From NCBI GenBank assembly GCA_034669905.1, contig JAXMOL010000007.1, positions 64,001 to 128,000 of the forward strand: DNA of 64,000 bases, given 5' to 3'. Position numbers and translations under genes: made by a program. Source of the stretch: Candidatus Hydrogenedentota bacterium. GTDB taxonomy: Bacteria; Hydrogenedentota; Hydrogenedentia; Hydrogenedentales; JAEUWI01. The notes under the pieces were generated by a model. It saw nothing but the letters and a program-made list of their open reading frames with translations. It was not told the origin of the DNA and did not search any database. Shown here one piece after another: positions 31,131 to 39,885 of the stretch. Position 1 is the stretch's first letter. Each line of letters starts with the position of its first letter.

Positions 31131-32567
31131 GTGTCATCACGAATTTGCAAACAGCTTGGACAACCCCATCACGATGTGTCCCATTCCCGTCGGGAATTCT
31201 TGCGGCGCAGTGGGGTTGGTTTCGGGGCCCTGGCCCTGGGTGCCCTCATCGGACAGGAATCCAGTCATGCTATCCCGGCCAAGGTAGCCCACGCGGCGGC
31301 CCAGGCCAAGAGTGTGATCTTTCTGTTTATGGAAGGGGGCCCCAGTCACCTCGATCTGCTGGACCCCAAGCCCCTGCTCAATAAGCTGGCGGGCAAGCCC
31401 ATTCCCGAGAGCTTTAACGAGCCCATTACGGCCATGGGTGAGAAGGGCTCGCCCCTGCTCCCCGCCCCGCGCACGTGGAAACAGCACGGCGAGAGCGGCC
31501 TCTGGGCTTCCGAATGGATTCCTCATATTGCAGAGTGCGTCGATGACCTGGCCGTGATTCGCTCCTGCTGGACCAATGGCATCAACCACTCCGGTGGTGT
31601 GTGTCAGATGAACACCTGCACCAATGTGGCCGGACGGCCATCCCTGGGGGCGTGGGTAGACTATGGCCTCGGTTCGGCTAACCAGAACCTGCCGTCTTTC
31701 GTGGTGCTGTGCGACAACAAGGGGCGGCCGGTCAATGGTCCGCGCAACTGGGGCAGTGGTTTTATCCCCGCGTCCCACCAGGGCGTGCGCATTAATGGCG
31801 CGAGCGCTGAGCCCATTGCCAATCTCCATTTTCCCAAAGACCATGATGCCGAGCGGCAATACAATAAGCTGGCCTTCCTTAATGCCTACAACCGTGACCA
31901 TGCCGCCCAGCACGCCGAAGAAAGTGAACTGGAAGCCCGTATCGAGAGTTACGAGCTGGCCTTCCGGATGCAGGCCGAGGCCCCCGAAGCTGTCGACCTC
32001 AACCGGGAGTCGGAACACATCAAGAATCTCTACGGCCTCGACGAAAAAGAGACCGAAGTCTTCGGCCGCAACTGCCTCATGGCCCGCCGCCTCGTGGAGC
32101 GGGGCGTGCGCTTTGTGCAGCTCTACAGCGGAACGGGCAGCAAGTGGGATTCCCACGACAGTATTGAGAAGAAACACAGCGCCCTGTGCCGCAGTATGGA
32201 CAAACCCGTCGCGGGGCTGTTGAAAGACTTGAAACAGCGGGGCCTCCTGGACGAGACCCTCGTGGTCTGGGGCGGCGAATTCGGCCGCACGCCCATGAGC
32301 GAAAAAGGCGATGGCCGCGACCACAACCCCACGGGCTTTTCCATGTGGATGGCCGGTGGCGGGGTGAAGGGTGGCCAGGTCATCGGTGCCACCGACGAGT
32401 TGGGGCTCTATGCGGTGGAAGACAAAATGCACGTCCACGATATCCACGCGTCCATTCTGGGACTCCTGGGGCTCGACAACATGGAGCTCACCTACAATCA
32501 TGGCGGTCGGCTGGAACGTCCCACGATTAACGAAGGTGTCTTCAATAAGAAATTGATCGGGGCTTAG
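31131..32567 (+). CDS. DUF1501 domain protein (Tat motif, sulfatase-like)
   Basis: SRREFL, FLFMEGGPSHLD, ARRLVERGVRFVQ, WDSH, GEFGRTP, GRDHNP; GTG start after AAGGAG. Confidence 0.93.
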   Translation: MSSRICKQLGQPHHDVSHSRREFLRRSGVGFGALALGALIGQESSHAIPAKVAHAAAQAKSVIFLFMEGGPSHLDLLDPKPLLNKLAGKPIPESFNEPITAMGEKGSPLLPAPRTWKQHGESGLWASEWIPHIAECVDDLAVIRSCWTNGINHSGGVCQMNTCTNVAGRPSLGAWVDYGLGSANQNLPSFVVLCDNKGRPVNGPRNWGSGFIPASHQGVRINGASAEPIANLHFPKDHDAERQYNKLAFLNAYNRDHAAQHAEESELEARIESYELAFRMQAEAPEAVDLNRESEHIKNLYGLDEKETEVFGRNCLMARRLVERGVRFVQLYSGTGSKWDSHDSIEKKHSALCRSMDKPVAGLLKDLKQRGLLDETLVVWGGEFGRTPMSEKGDGRDHNPTGFSMWMAGGGVKGGQVIGATDELGLYAVEDKMHVHDIHASILGLLGLDNMELTYNHGGRLERPTINEGVFNKKLIGA

Positions 32568-32597
32568 GGCGCAAAGGGTGGCGGTGGGTAGGCCTTC

Positions 32598-32747
32598 GTG
32601 GGACCGATGGGGCGTATAGGGCGTATGACCGCGAGGGTTCCCAAGGATTTCTTGGGCCAACGCAGTGCGTCTTTCTCATCTATCGCCCCAACTATTCCTT
32701 GGCCTTTGAGACGTCTTCATCGGTCCCATAGGCCCCATACGTCCCAT
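32598..32747. repeat. Intergenic inverted repeat with 9-nt periodic arms (ATGGGRCSN)
   Basis: 32598-32628 versus reverse complement of 32717-32747: 23/31 identical by hand count. Confidence 0.7.
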
Positions 32748-32801
32748 CGGGCGAAGACCGCATCGCTCAATACCGTAGCGCCTCACCACAAAGGAAGAAA
32801 C

Positions 32802-35093
32802 ATGAGTCGGGTCCGTAGTTTCGCGACGTCGTACGTCGTTGCCTTTTTGATCTTGCCATCGCTTACCCCTGCCCAACCCGCCATCGTGGTGGGCGCGGAA
32901 GCCTCACCGGCCACGCGGCATGCCGCCGAAGAACTTCAGCACTTCCTGCAGCAAATGTCGGGCAAAGAATACGCCCTCACCCTCGATACGGAACCCCTGC
33001 CCGCGGAGGCCTTCGTGGTTGGGGTCAATGCCCACACGCAGGCCCTGATGCAGGAAGAACCCGCCGGCGTGGCACTGTCCTATGCGCTCAAAGGACTGGG
33101 CGATGAGGGTTACGTGCTGCAGAACATCGGACCCCACCTGGTCATCGCGGGCAGCGAAGTGCGCGGCACCCTTTATGGCGTCTATGATCTGCTCGAAGAA
33201 CACTACGGCTGTCGCTGGTTCACCGCCACGGTGTCCCATATCCCCACCATTGCCGACCTGGCCATCCCCGCCATCAGCAAACGGGTCGTTCCCGTGCTCG
33301 AATCCCGCGAACCTTTCACTACCGAAGCGCGCGATGTCGATTGGTGCGCCCGCAACCGCATGAACAGCAGCGCCGCCGCCCTGGAAGAAAAACACGGGGG
33401 CAAGGTCCGCTTTGGTAACGGACTCTTCGTCCACACCTTCAATGTGCTCCTGCCGCCCAGCGAGTTCTTCGCCGAGCATCCCGAATACTACTCGCTGGTA
33501 AACGGCGAGCGTCTGGGCGAGCGCACCCAACTCTGTTGCACCAACGAAGACGTCATCCGCCTGTGCACCGAACGGGTCCTGGCGCGCATCGCCGCCGACC
33601 CGGATGCCTTCGTCTATTCCGTCTCTCAAAATGACTGGCTCAACTGGTGTGAATGTGATAACTGCACCGCCATCGCGGAGCGGGAAGGCACCCAGATGGG
33701 CCCCGTGCTCCACCTGGTCAACCAGGTGGCCGAGGCGGTGGCCAAAGTCTACCCCGACAAGGCCATTGAGACCCTGGCCTATCAGTACACTCGTAAGCCG
33801 CCCGCCCATATGCGCCCCCGGGACAACGTCATCATCCGTCTTTGCAGTATTGAGTGCGACTTCATGCAGCCCCTGGAAACCAGCGACTTTCCCGACAACG
33901 GCGCCTTTGTGGCCGATCTGGAAGGCTGGTCTACCGTTTCTGACCGGCTCTGGATTTGGGACTATGTCACCAGCTTCCGTAGCTACCTTTGCCCCTACCC
34001 CAACCTCCGGGTGCGGAACGACAACATTCAACTTTTCATAGAAAATAATGTGACGGGGATTTTCGAACAGGATGTGTACAACACCCTGGGCGGCGAGTTC
34101 TCTGAGCTGAGTGCCTACCTTAATGCCAAGCTGTTGTGGAATCCCCACTACGGTGAAGATCGCGCTATCAACGAGTTTCTGGCGGGGGTTTATGGGGACG
34201 CTGCGCAACCCATTCGTGCCTACATTGACCTGCTCCATGACCACGTGATGGAAAAGAACCACCATGCCGATATCTGGGTGGGACCCCGCACCGCGCCCTT
34301 CCTGAATGGTGCCTTGCTCACCCGGGCCAGTGCCCTGTGGGACGAAGCCGAGGCCCGCGTCGCCCATAAGCCTGACGTGCTGACCCGAGTCCGTGCGGCC
34401 CGCTTGCCGGTGGAGTATGCCATCCTCGACCGGGCCAACAGCACGGGACTCGCGGGCGTGAAGATTGACCACAGCGCCTTTACCGCCACCGTGGACCCCG
34501 CCTTCGCCGACCGCGTGCGTCGCTTCTTTGCGGTGGCCGAAGCGGCAGGTGTGACCCGAATGGACGAAAACCAGACCACCCTGGCGGAGTACAAGGAGAC
34601 CTTCTCCAGCACGTTGCAGGGTGACACTGTGCAATTCGAGGCCCAGCCTGCCGTCACGCCGGAGGGCCTGGCACCGGGTATTGCCTACCGCTATATCGTG
34701 GGTTCTTTTGAAGCGGTTGCGGACTTCCAGGATAGCCCGACCACGGCGGCGGGTATTTCGCCGGTCATCACGATGGATGTCAAAGGCCCGGAAGATGAAT
34801 TTGCCCTGGTCTTTGAGGGCTTTATCGATGTGCCGGAAGACGGCATGTACACCTTCTACACCGAATCCAATGACGGAAGCCGGCTCTACATCGACGGCAA
34901 TGAAGTGGTGGAAAACGACGGCCTTCACCGCGCCGAAACCCGTGCGGGCATCGTGGCCCTGAGAAAGGGCCTGCATGCCCTTGAGGTGAAGTATTTTCAG
35001 GCGGGCATGCGCTCGGCCTTTGAGGTGTATTGGTCCGGGCCAAACTTTGGCCAGGAACGCATCCCCGGGGTGCGCCTCTTTCACGTAGAGTGA
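32802..35093 (+). CDS. Secreted DUF4838 domain protein with C-terminal PA14 domain
   Basis: GTLYGVYDLLE...GCRWF, HPEYYSLVNG, QLCCTN, SQNDW..WCEC; PA14 FYTESNDGSRLYIDG..VVENDGLH. Confidence 0.88.
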   Translation: MSRVRSFATSYVVAFLILPSLTPAQPAIVVGAEASPATRHAAEELQHFLQQMSGKEYALTLDTEPLPAEAFVVGVNAHTQALMQEEPAGVALSYALKGLGDEGYVLQNIGPHLVIAGSEVRGTLYGVYDLLEEHYGCRWFTATVSHIPTIADLAIPAISKRVVPVLESREPFTTEARDVDWCARNRMNSSAAALEEKHGGKVRFGNGLFVHTFNVLLPPSEFFAEHPEYYSLVNGERLGERTQLCCTNEDVIRLCTERVLARIAADPDAFVYSVSQNDWLNWCECDNCTAIAEREGTQMGPVLHLVNQVAEAVAKVYPDKAIETLAYQYTRKPPAHMRPRDNVIIRLCSIECDFMQPLETSDFPDNGAFVADLEGWSTVSDRLWIWDYVTSFRSYLCPYPNLRVRNDNIQLFIENNVTGIFEQDVYNTLGGEFSELSAYLNAKLLWNPHYGEDRAINEFLAGVYGDAAQPIRAYIDLLHDHVMEKNHHADIWVGPRTAPFLNGALLTRASALWDEAEARVAHKPDVLTRVRAARLPVEYAILDRANSTGLAGVKIDHSAFTATVDPAFADRVRRFFAVAEAAGVTRMDENQTTLAEYKETFSSTLQGDTVQFEAQPAVTPEGLAPGIAYRYIVGSFEAVADFQDSPTTAAGISPVITMDVKGPEDEFALVFEGFIDVPEDGMYTFYTESNDGSRLYIDGNEVVENDGLHRAETRAGIVALRKGLHALEVKYFQAGMRSAFEVYWSGPNFGQERIPGVRLFHVE

Positions 35094-35094
35094 A

Positions 35095-35328
35095 GAGAAA
35101 GTACCTAAAGGACGGAGAGGACAGGTAGCCATGGGGCCGTGCTTGTTATCCCCGTGTCCCATTGACCGTCATTCCCGCGAAGGCGGGAATCCAGGAAGGA
35201 AACAAAGGCCAGGCTCAGCGTCTCGCTAGCGCGAATAGACGCCTGAGCGAGGCCTCATCGCCACCACATCCATCAACGCCCTTTGTCCTTTAAGTCGTTT
35301 TCGTCCTTTAGGTCCTTCGTCTTTTCTC
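35095..35328. repeat. Composite intergenic element: inverted 9-nt periodic arms (AAAGGAC..) enclosing REP-like hairpins
   Basis: Both arms share acctaaaggacg in inverted orientation. Internal ATTCCC-N8-GGGAAT at 35171-35190 and a gctcag..ctgagc hairpin at about 35213-35248. Confidence 0.65.
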
Positions 35329-35330
35329 GC

Positions 35331-38300
35331 TCACCCCTCCAGCCGGAAAAAGTGCAGCGCCGTCTTGCCCGAGGCGCCTTCCCGAACCTTCACGGTCCAC
35401 ATGCCCAGTGTGTCATTGGGGGCGTGGTCCAGGCTCAGATTCAAGGCGCCGCCCGCCGCGCCATAGAAACCACTGCGCTCGGCACGCCGTCCATCGGGAT
35501 CCAGAATCGTCACTTCCATGGGTACCACCCCGTCTATCGGAGCCCCTGTTTCGTCCACCACCGTCACGTGCAGGGCGGAGGCATTCCCCCGTTTCCCCGT
35601 CTCCGGCCCGGCGATTACCACATCATCGATAGCCTTTTCCGTGACCATGAGCAACCGTCCGCCGCCCGGCTCCAGGGTTACGTCCACCGCCAACCCGTTG
35701 TCTGTCGTGGTGGGCATTACGGGGCGTCCTTCCAGCAGGTCATAGACGTGGCCACTTCGTGCAAGGGTGAGGGTGCTGCTCGCGGGCAAGCCCTTTTCCA
35801 TGACCAGGCCATGCTGCCCCACATAGTCGCCGTACTCGCGGCGGTCGTTGATCGCAAAGAGGTAGTCCGTCGTACCAAAGCGCCGGCGATAGGGAATGAC
35901 CTCGGCCTCGGTAGAATCGGCGGCAGGGCGATACTTCCCGGCAAGGGCGCTGCGCAGGGCTGCCGCACGTTCCAGGAGGGCCGCCTTGTCGGCGGCGCCA
36001 TCTTTCGTACGCAGGTAAACGGGGAGTTTAATATCGGCGACGATGGCAGGGCACACCCGCTCATCCGCCACCACGATTCCGCCTTGGGCCTGGAAGGCGT
36101 GAACCGCCGTGACGATGCTTTCCGGCAAGACATCACAATCGGTCAAAACCAGGACCTTGTATCCATCCAGCCCCCGTTGTTGGAGGGTTTCTTCGTAGAC
36201 GATCTCCGATTGGAGGTGGGCGTACTGCAGCACGTGATAGGCATCGCCCGCCCAGGAGCCGCCCCAGCCATAGGTGCCCCGTCCGGCGAAAATCTGGGCG
36301 GTAAAACTCTCCAGAAAGGCCACGTCGGCCCGGGCCGCCGGCACCTGGAGCAGGGTGGGGCCGAGGGGCTCGACCACCTGGTGTACCAGGTCTTTTAATA
36401 CGCCCTGGGTTTCCGGGTGGGTGTAGCGATAGGCCGACGTCCCTTCCGTGGGCACGAGGGACTGCCACCCGTGATACATGATGCCCTTGATGGGCCGGGC
36501 GATCTTGGTCCAGAAGGCTTCCCTTAGGTGCATGGGCGCGATGGTGATATAGGCCGCGTCGGGGTCGTAGTCCTCCCATGCCGACTGCTCGGTCGTCGGT
36601 GCCGCACCATCCTTCGCCGGTGCCGTCTGGGAGCGGTACCAGATGATCTGGGTCATCTTCATCACGTCTTGCGCATCATTGCCGCCCGCCATGGCAAAGA
36701 GCTCGTCGGTGCACAGGCCAATACGGAGCGGGTCGGGATAGCTGTAGGTCCAGTGGGAGATATAATCCACACTCCCGCCACTACCCCACAGCGAAGGTAC
36801 CCGGACCGCCGGGTCGAAGAACGTCCAGAGGTCGTCGCGGCCGGTGGATTTCAGGCCCTCATTGACCGCCGAGTGCACCCCATTCCAGCCGTCCCCTTCC
36901 CGCCAGAACCAGCGGTAGAATTCGAGCAGCTCGTGGTCATCGGGCACCACGCGGTTGGCGGGGAAGTCCGGCAGCTTCGTGTAGGAGACGCCGTTCTTGA
37001 TGACCACAGAATCCGGATACGCCTTGCCCGTGGCGGCACGATAGGCGTCCCGATCTTCCGTGTGGAAACAGACCTGGGAGCTGTCCCGCACTTCACTGTT
37101 GATGAGGGCGGCGTCGAAGGCGGGAAAATCGCCGTAGCTCTCGATAATGGAGCGGCCCACGTTGCGCGAAAAGTCCACCACACCCGGCAGATTGCAACAG
37201 GGATTCACCCGTTCATAGGGCGTGCCTTCTGCGTTAATGCGTAAGAGCTCCGGTTTCCTATCCATCCAGTGCCCATTGCCCACGCTGATGACTACACCGA
37301 GGTCGTCGGCCAGGGCCTGGTCCAGCATGCGGTAGCTGTCTGCCAGGGCGGCCTCCGAGGTTGCCGGGACGGCTTCACCCGCCTCCCAGATGTCGGCGTA
37401 GCTCGTCCGAAGTCCGAGGCAGTGGGTGAACCCCAGCTCCTTCAGCTTGGGCGTGTTCTCCGTCACCTGCTCCACGCCACCTACGCCCCACATAACCACC
37501 GGCATGCGGTGGGGAAGCTCCCGATCCACGATGGTCACGGGAAACTGTTCTGTATTGCGGTAGGTCTTATCGCCGAGGAGGTAGGTGACTTCCACCCCGT
37601 ACTTTCCCGGGCGAAGTCGGGTGTCCAATTCGAAGGGCACCGTGTGGGAATCGCCGGACGCCAGACTCGGAAGTGTGGTGTGCTTTGGGGCCATGCCCGG
37701 CACCCGCACCGTTACCTCCACGTTGGATTGGGTGATAGCGCTGACATTGGTGACCTCAAAGGCCAGGGCTGCACTTTCCTCCATGCGTCGGTAGACCGCG
37801 CGGCGGTGGGTCGCAGCCAGGGTCAGGGGACGGAATTCCCGCACGCCCCGGGCAATGCGCACATTGTCAATGTCACCGGGAAAGCCCGAGTAGGTACTGC
37901 CCACCCGGTCGCCAATGGAAAGCGCGTGGGTGCCCGGATGGATGGTGCCCCGCCCCGGCTTGGTGTTGCCGCCAAGACTACGGCCATCCTGAAGGAACTG
38001 GACGGTACCTGCGCCATCATACGTTACGGCGAGGTGGTACCAGGTGCCCGCTTCAAAGGGCGCTTTTTCGGTAGACCACCAGATTTCCGAATCGTCGCCA
38101 AAGCCCAGGGTGAGGCGTATCTGCCGTAGTCCCTGGCTATCTGGCGGGTCGAGTTTCCACTGGTAATCACTGTGGGCCACATATTTCTTGTCGAGCAGAT
38201 GGGCACCGCCATAGTCGGCGAGCTCCGCGCTGGGGCGCACCCACATTTCGAGGGTAAAGGCTCCCTGGGGCGATAAGGCGGGGGAGGAGGGCACATGAAC

Positions 38301-38579
38301 GGCATGGCGGACATCTTCCACGGGCGCCCCACGAAAAGAGGTCACGGCCCCGCCAAATTTTCCATCGGGGTTTCGCTCGGTCCCCGCCAGTTTTCCATCG
38401 TGTCCCTTACCGGAGGTGTCGACAAGCACCTCGCCCTCTCCGTCGAAGGTCCAGAAGGCCACCACATGATCGCCCTGGGCGTCATTACCGGTGTAGGGCG
38501 ATTGCCACGCTTCGGCCAGCGGGGCAGCAGCGAGGGGGAGGGAAGAACACAGGGTCAACAGCAGGGCAAGATAGCGCAC
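35331..38579 (-). CDS. Secreted LamG + GH42/beta-galactosidase-like multidomain protein
   Basis: Signal peptide; LamG DTSGKGHDG..FTLEMWV..WYHLAVTYDG..FPGDIDNVRI; TIM-barrel-like core (INSEVRD); trimerisation-like YKVLVL.DCDVL; MG2-like C-terminus PNDTLGMWTV. Confidence 0.65.
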   Translation of the reverse strand: MRYLALLLTLCSSLPLAAAPLAEAWQSPYTGNDAQGDHVVAFWTFDGEGEVLVDTSGKGHDGKLAGTERNPDGKFGGAVTSFRGAPVEDVRHAVHVPSSPALSPQGAFTLEMWVRPSAELADYGGAHLLDKKYVAHSDYQWKLDPPDSQGLRQIRLTLGFGDDSEIWWSTEKAPFEAGTWYHLAVTYDGAGTVQFLQDGRSLGGNTKPGRGTIHPGTHALSIGDRVGSTYSGFPGDIDNVRIARGVREFRPLTLAATHRRAVYRRMEESAALAFEVTNVSAITQSNVEVTVRVPGMAPKHTTLPSLASGDSHTVPFELDTRLRPGKYGVEVTYLLGDKTYRNTEQFPVTIVDRELPHRMPVVMWGVGGVEQVTENTPKLKELGFTHCLGLRTSYADIWEAGEAVPATSEAALADSYRMLDQALADDLGVVISVGNGHWMDRKPELLRINAEGTPYERVNPCCNLPGVVDFSRNVGRSIIESYGDFPAFDAALINSEVRDSSQVCFHTEDRDAYRAATGKAYPDSVVIKNGVSYTKLPDFPANRVVPDDHELLEFYRWFWREGDGWNGVHSAVNEGLKSTGRDDLWTFFDPAVRVPSLWGSGGSVDYISHWTYSYPDPLRIGLCTDELFAMAGGNDAQDVMKMTQIIWYRSQTAPAKDGAAPTTEQSAWEDYDPDAAYITIAPMHLREAFWTKIARPIKGIMYHGWQSLVPTEGTSAYRYTHPETQGVLKDLVHQVVEPLGPTLLQVPAARADVAFLESFTAQIFAGRGTYGWGGSWAGDAYHVLQYAHLQSEIVYEETLQQRGLDGYKVLVLTDCDVLPESIVTAVHAFQAQGGIVVADERVCPAIVADIKLPVYLRTKDGAADKAALLERAAALRSALAGKYRPAADSTEAEVIPYRRRFGTTDYLFAINDRREYGDYVGQHGLVMEKGLPASSTLTLARSGHVYDLLEGRPVMPTTTDNGLAVDVTLEPGGGRLLMVTEKAIDDVVIAGPETGKRGNASALHVTVVDETGAPIDGVVPMEVTILDPDGRRAERSGFYGAAGGALNLSLDHAPNDTLGMWTVKVREGASGKTALHFFRLEG

Positions 38580-38685
38580 GGGAAATACCTCATCAGGGGG
38601 TTAACAAGTGGACCGCCCATTAAAGCAAAGGACGCTGACCGAGGCAAGTTTCCGGTGATGCGCGTGGGGTGCTGAAAAACTCTCC

Positions 38686-39885
38686 TTAGAGTGCCTCGGC
38701 GGCAGCAGCGGCAGATGCCCAGGCCCACTGGAAGTTATAGCCGCCCAGCCAGCCCGTCACGTCTACCACTTCCCCGATGAAGAAAAGTCCCGGGACCTTC
38801 TTGGCCTCCATGGTCTTGGGGGAAAGGGCCTTCGTGTCCACGCCGCCCCGGGTGACTTCCGCTTTCGCGTAGCCTTCCGTACCGGCGATGGGGATGTCCC
38901 AACGCTGGAGTTGTTCGGCCATCTGGCGCAGCTGTTTGTCGGCCGTCTCGCCCAGGTTACGGTCCCAGCCGTGGTGTTCACACAATACCTTGGCAAAGCG
39001 TGCCGACAGGCGGGTGCGCAGAAAGGAGCTGGCGGAAACCGACGGCGTATTGGCTTTCAGCTGGAGCAGGTCATCATCGAGTCGGGTTTCCGGGAAGAGA
39101 TTCAGCCGAATCGCCTGACCCGGCTCCCAATACGAGGAAATCTGCAGGATGGCAGGGCCGCTTAATCCCCGGTGGGTGAGCAACACGGCCTCTTCGAAGC
39201 GCCGCTTCCCGATGGAGACCACGGCGTCAAACGATACGCCCGAAAGGGGCATCAGGTTGTTATGCACTTCCCCTTCCAGGGTAAACGGTACGAGCGCGGG
39301 TGTGCAGGGGATGAGGGGCAGTTCGAATTGCTCGGCCAGGCGATAGCCAAAATCGGTCGCGCCCAGTTTGGGGATGGAAAGCCCCCCGGTGGCCACCACC
39401 ACGGCGGGTGCCTGGAATTCACCCAGGGAGGTGTCCACCTGATAGTGGTCAGACTTCTCCACCGAGGTCACCGCGCATCCCAGATGGATATCTACCCCCG
39501 CCTCGCGGCAATCGTTTACCAGGGCGTCGATAATATCCTGGGCCGAGCGGTCGCAAAAGAGTTGTCCCAGTTTTTTCTCGTGATACGCAATGTTGTGGTG
39601 CTCTACCCACGCGATGAAATCCTGGGCGGTGTAACGGGCCAGGGCCGAGTAGCAAAAGCGCGGGTTGTTGGAAAGGTAGCGGCCCGGTTCTGTATGGATA
39701 TTGGTGAAGTTGCAGCGCCCGCCCCCGGAGATACTGATTTTCTTGCCGACCTTGTCATTGTGTTCGAGGAGCGCCACGCGGCGGCCCCGTTCGGCGGCCT
39801 TCAAGGCACACATCAGTCCGGCGGCGCCGGCTCCAATCACAATCGCATCATAATTCAGGGAAGAGGGATTCATCGTATCTTTCAC
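38686..39885 (-). CDS. HI0933/YhiN-family NAD(P)/FAD-dependent oxidoreductase
   Basis: GAGAAG, ISGGGRCNFTN, VATGGLSIP, GEVVDVTGWLGGYNFQWAW. Confidence 0.93.
   Translation of the reverse strand: MKDTMNPSSLNYDAIVIGAGAAGLMCALKAAERGRRVALLEHNDKVGKKISISGGGRCNFTNIHTEPGRYLSNNPRFCYSALARYTAQDFIAWVEHHNIAYHEKKLGQLFCDRSAQDIIDALVNDCREAGVDIHLGCAVTSVEKSDHYQVDTSLGEFQAPAVVVATGGLSIPKLGATDFGYRLAEQFELPLIPCTPALVPFTLEGEVHNNLMPLSGVSFDAVVSIGKRRFEEAVLLTHRGLSGPAILQISSYWEPGQAIRLNLFPETRLDDDLLQLKANTPSVSASSFLRTRLSARFAKVLCEHHGWDRNLGETADKQLRQMAEQLQRWDIPIAGTEGYAKAEVTRGGVDTKALSPKTMEAKKVPGLFFIGEVVDVTGWLGGYNFQWAWASAAAAAEAL

Noticed and set aside
32904..35162. 752-aa antisense ORF, and similar ones at 5770..7053, 25408..26913, 31137..32660, 42954..44276 and 44273..45352
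   Set aside because: They mirror well-supported genes on the opposite strand, which is expected in high-GC DNA, and show no recognisable motifs.
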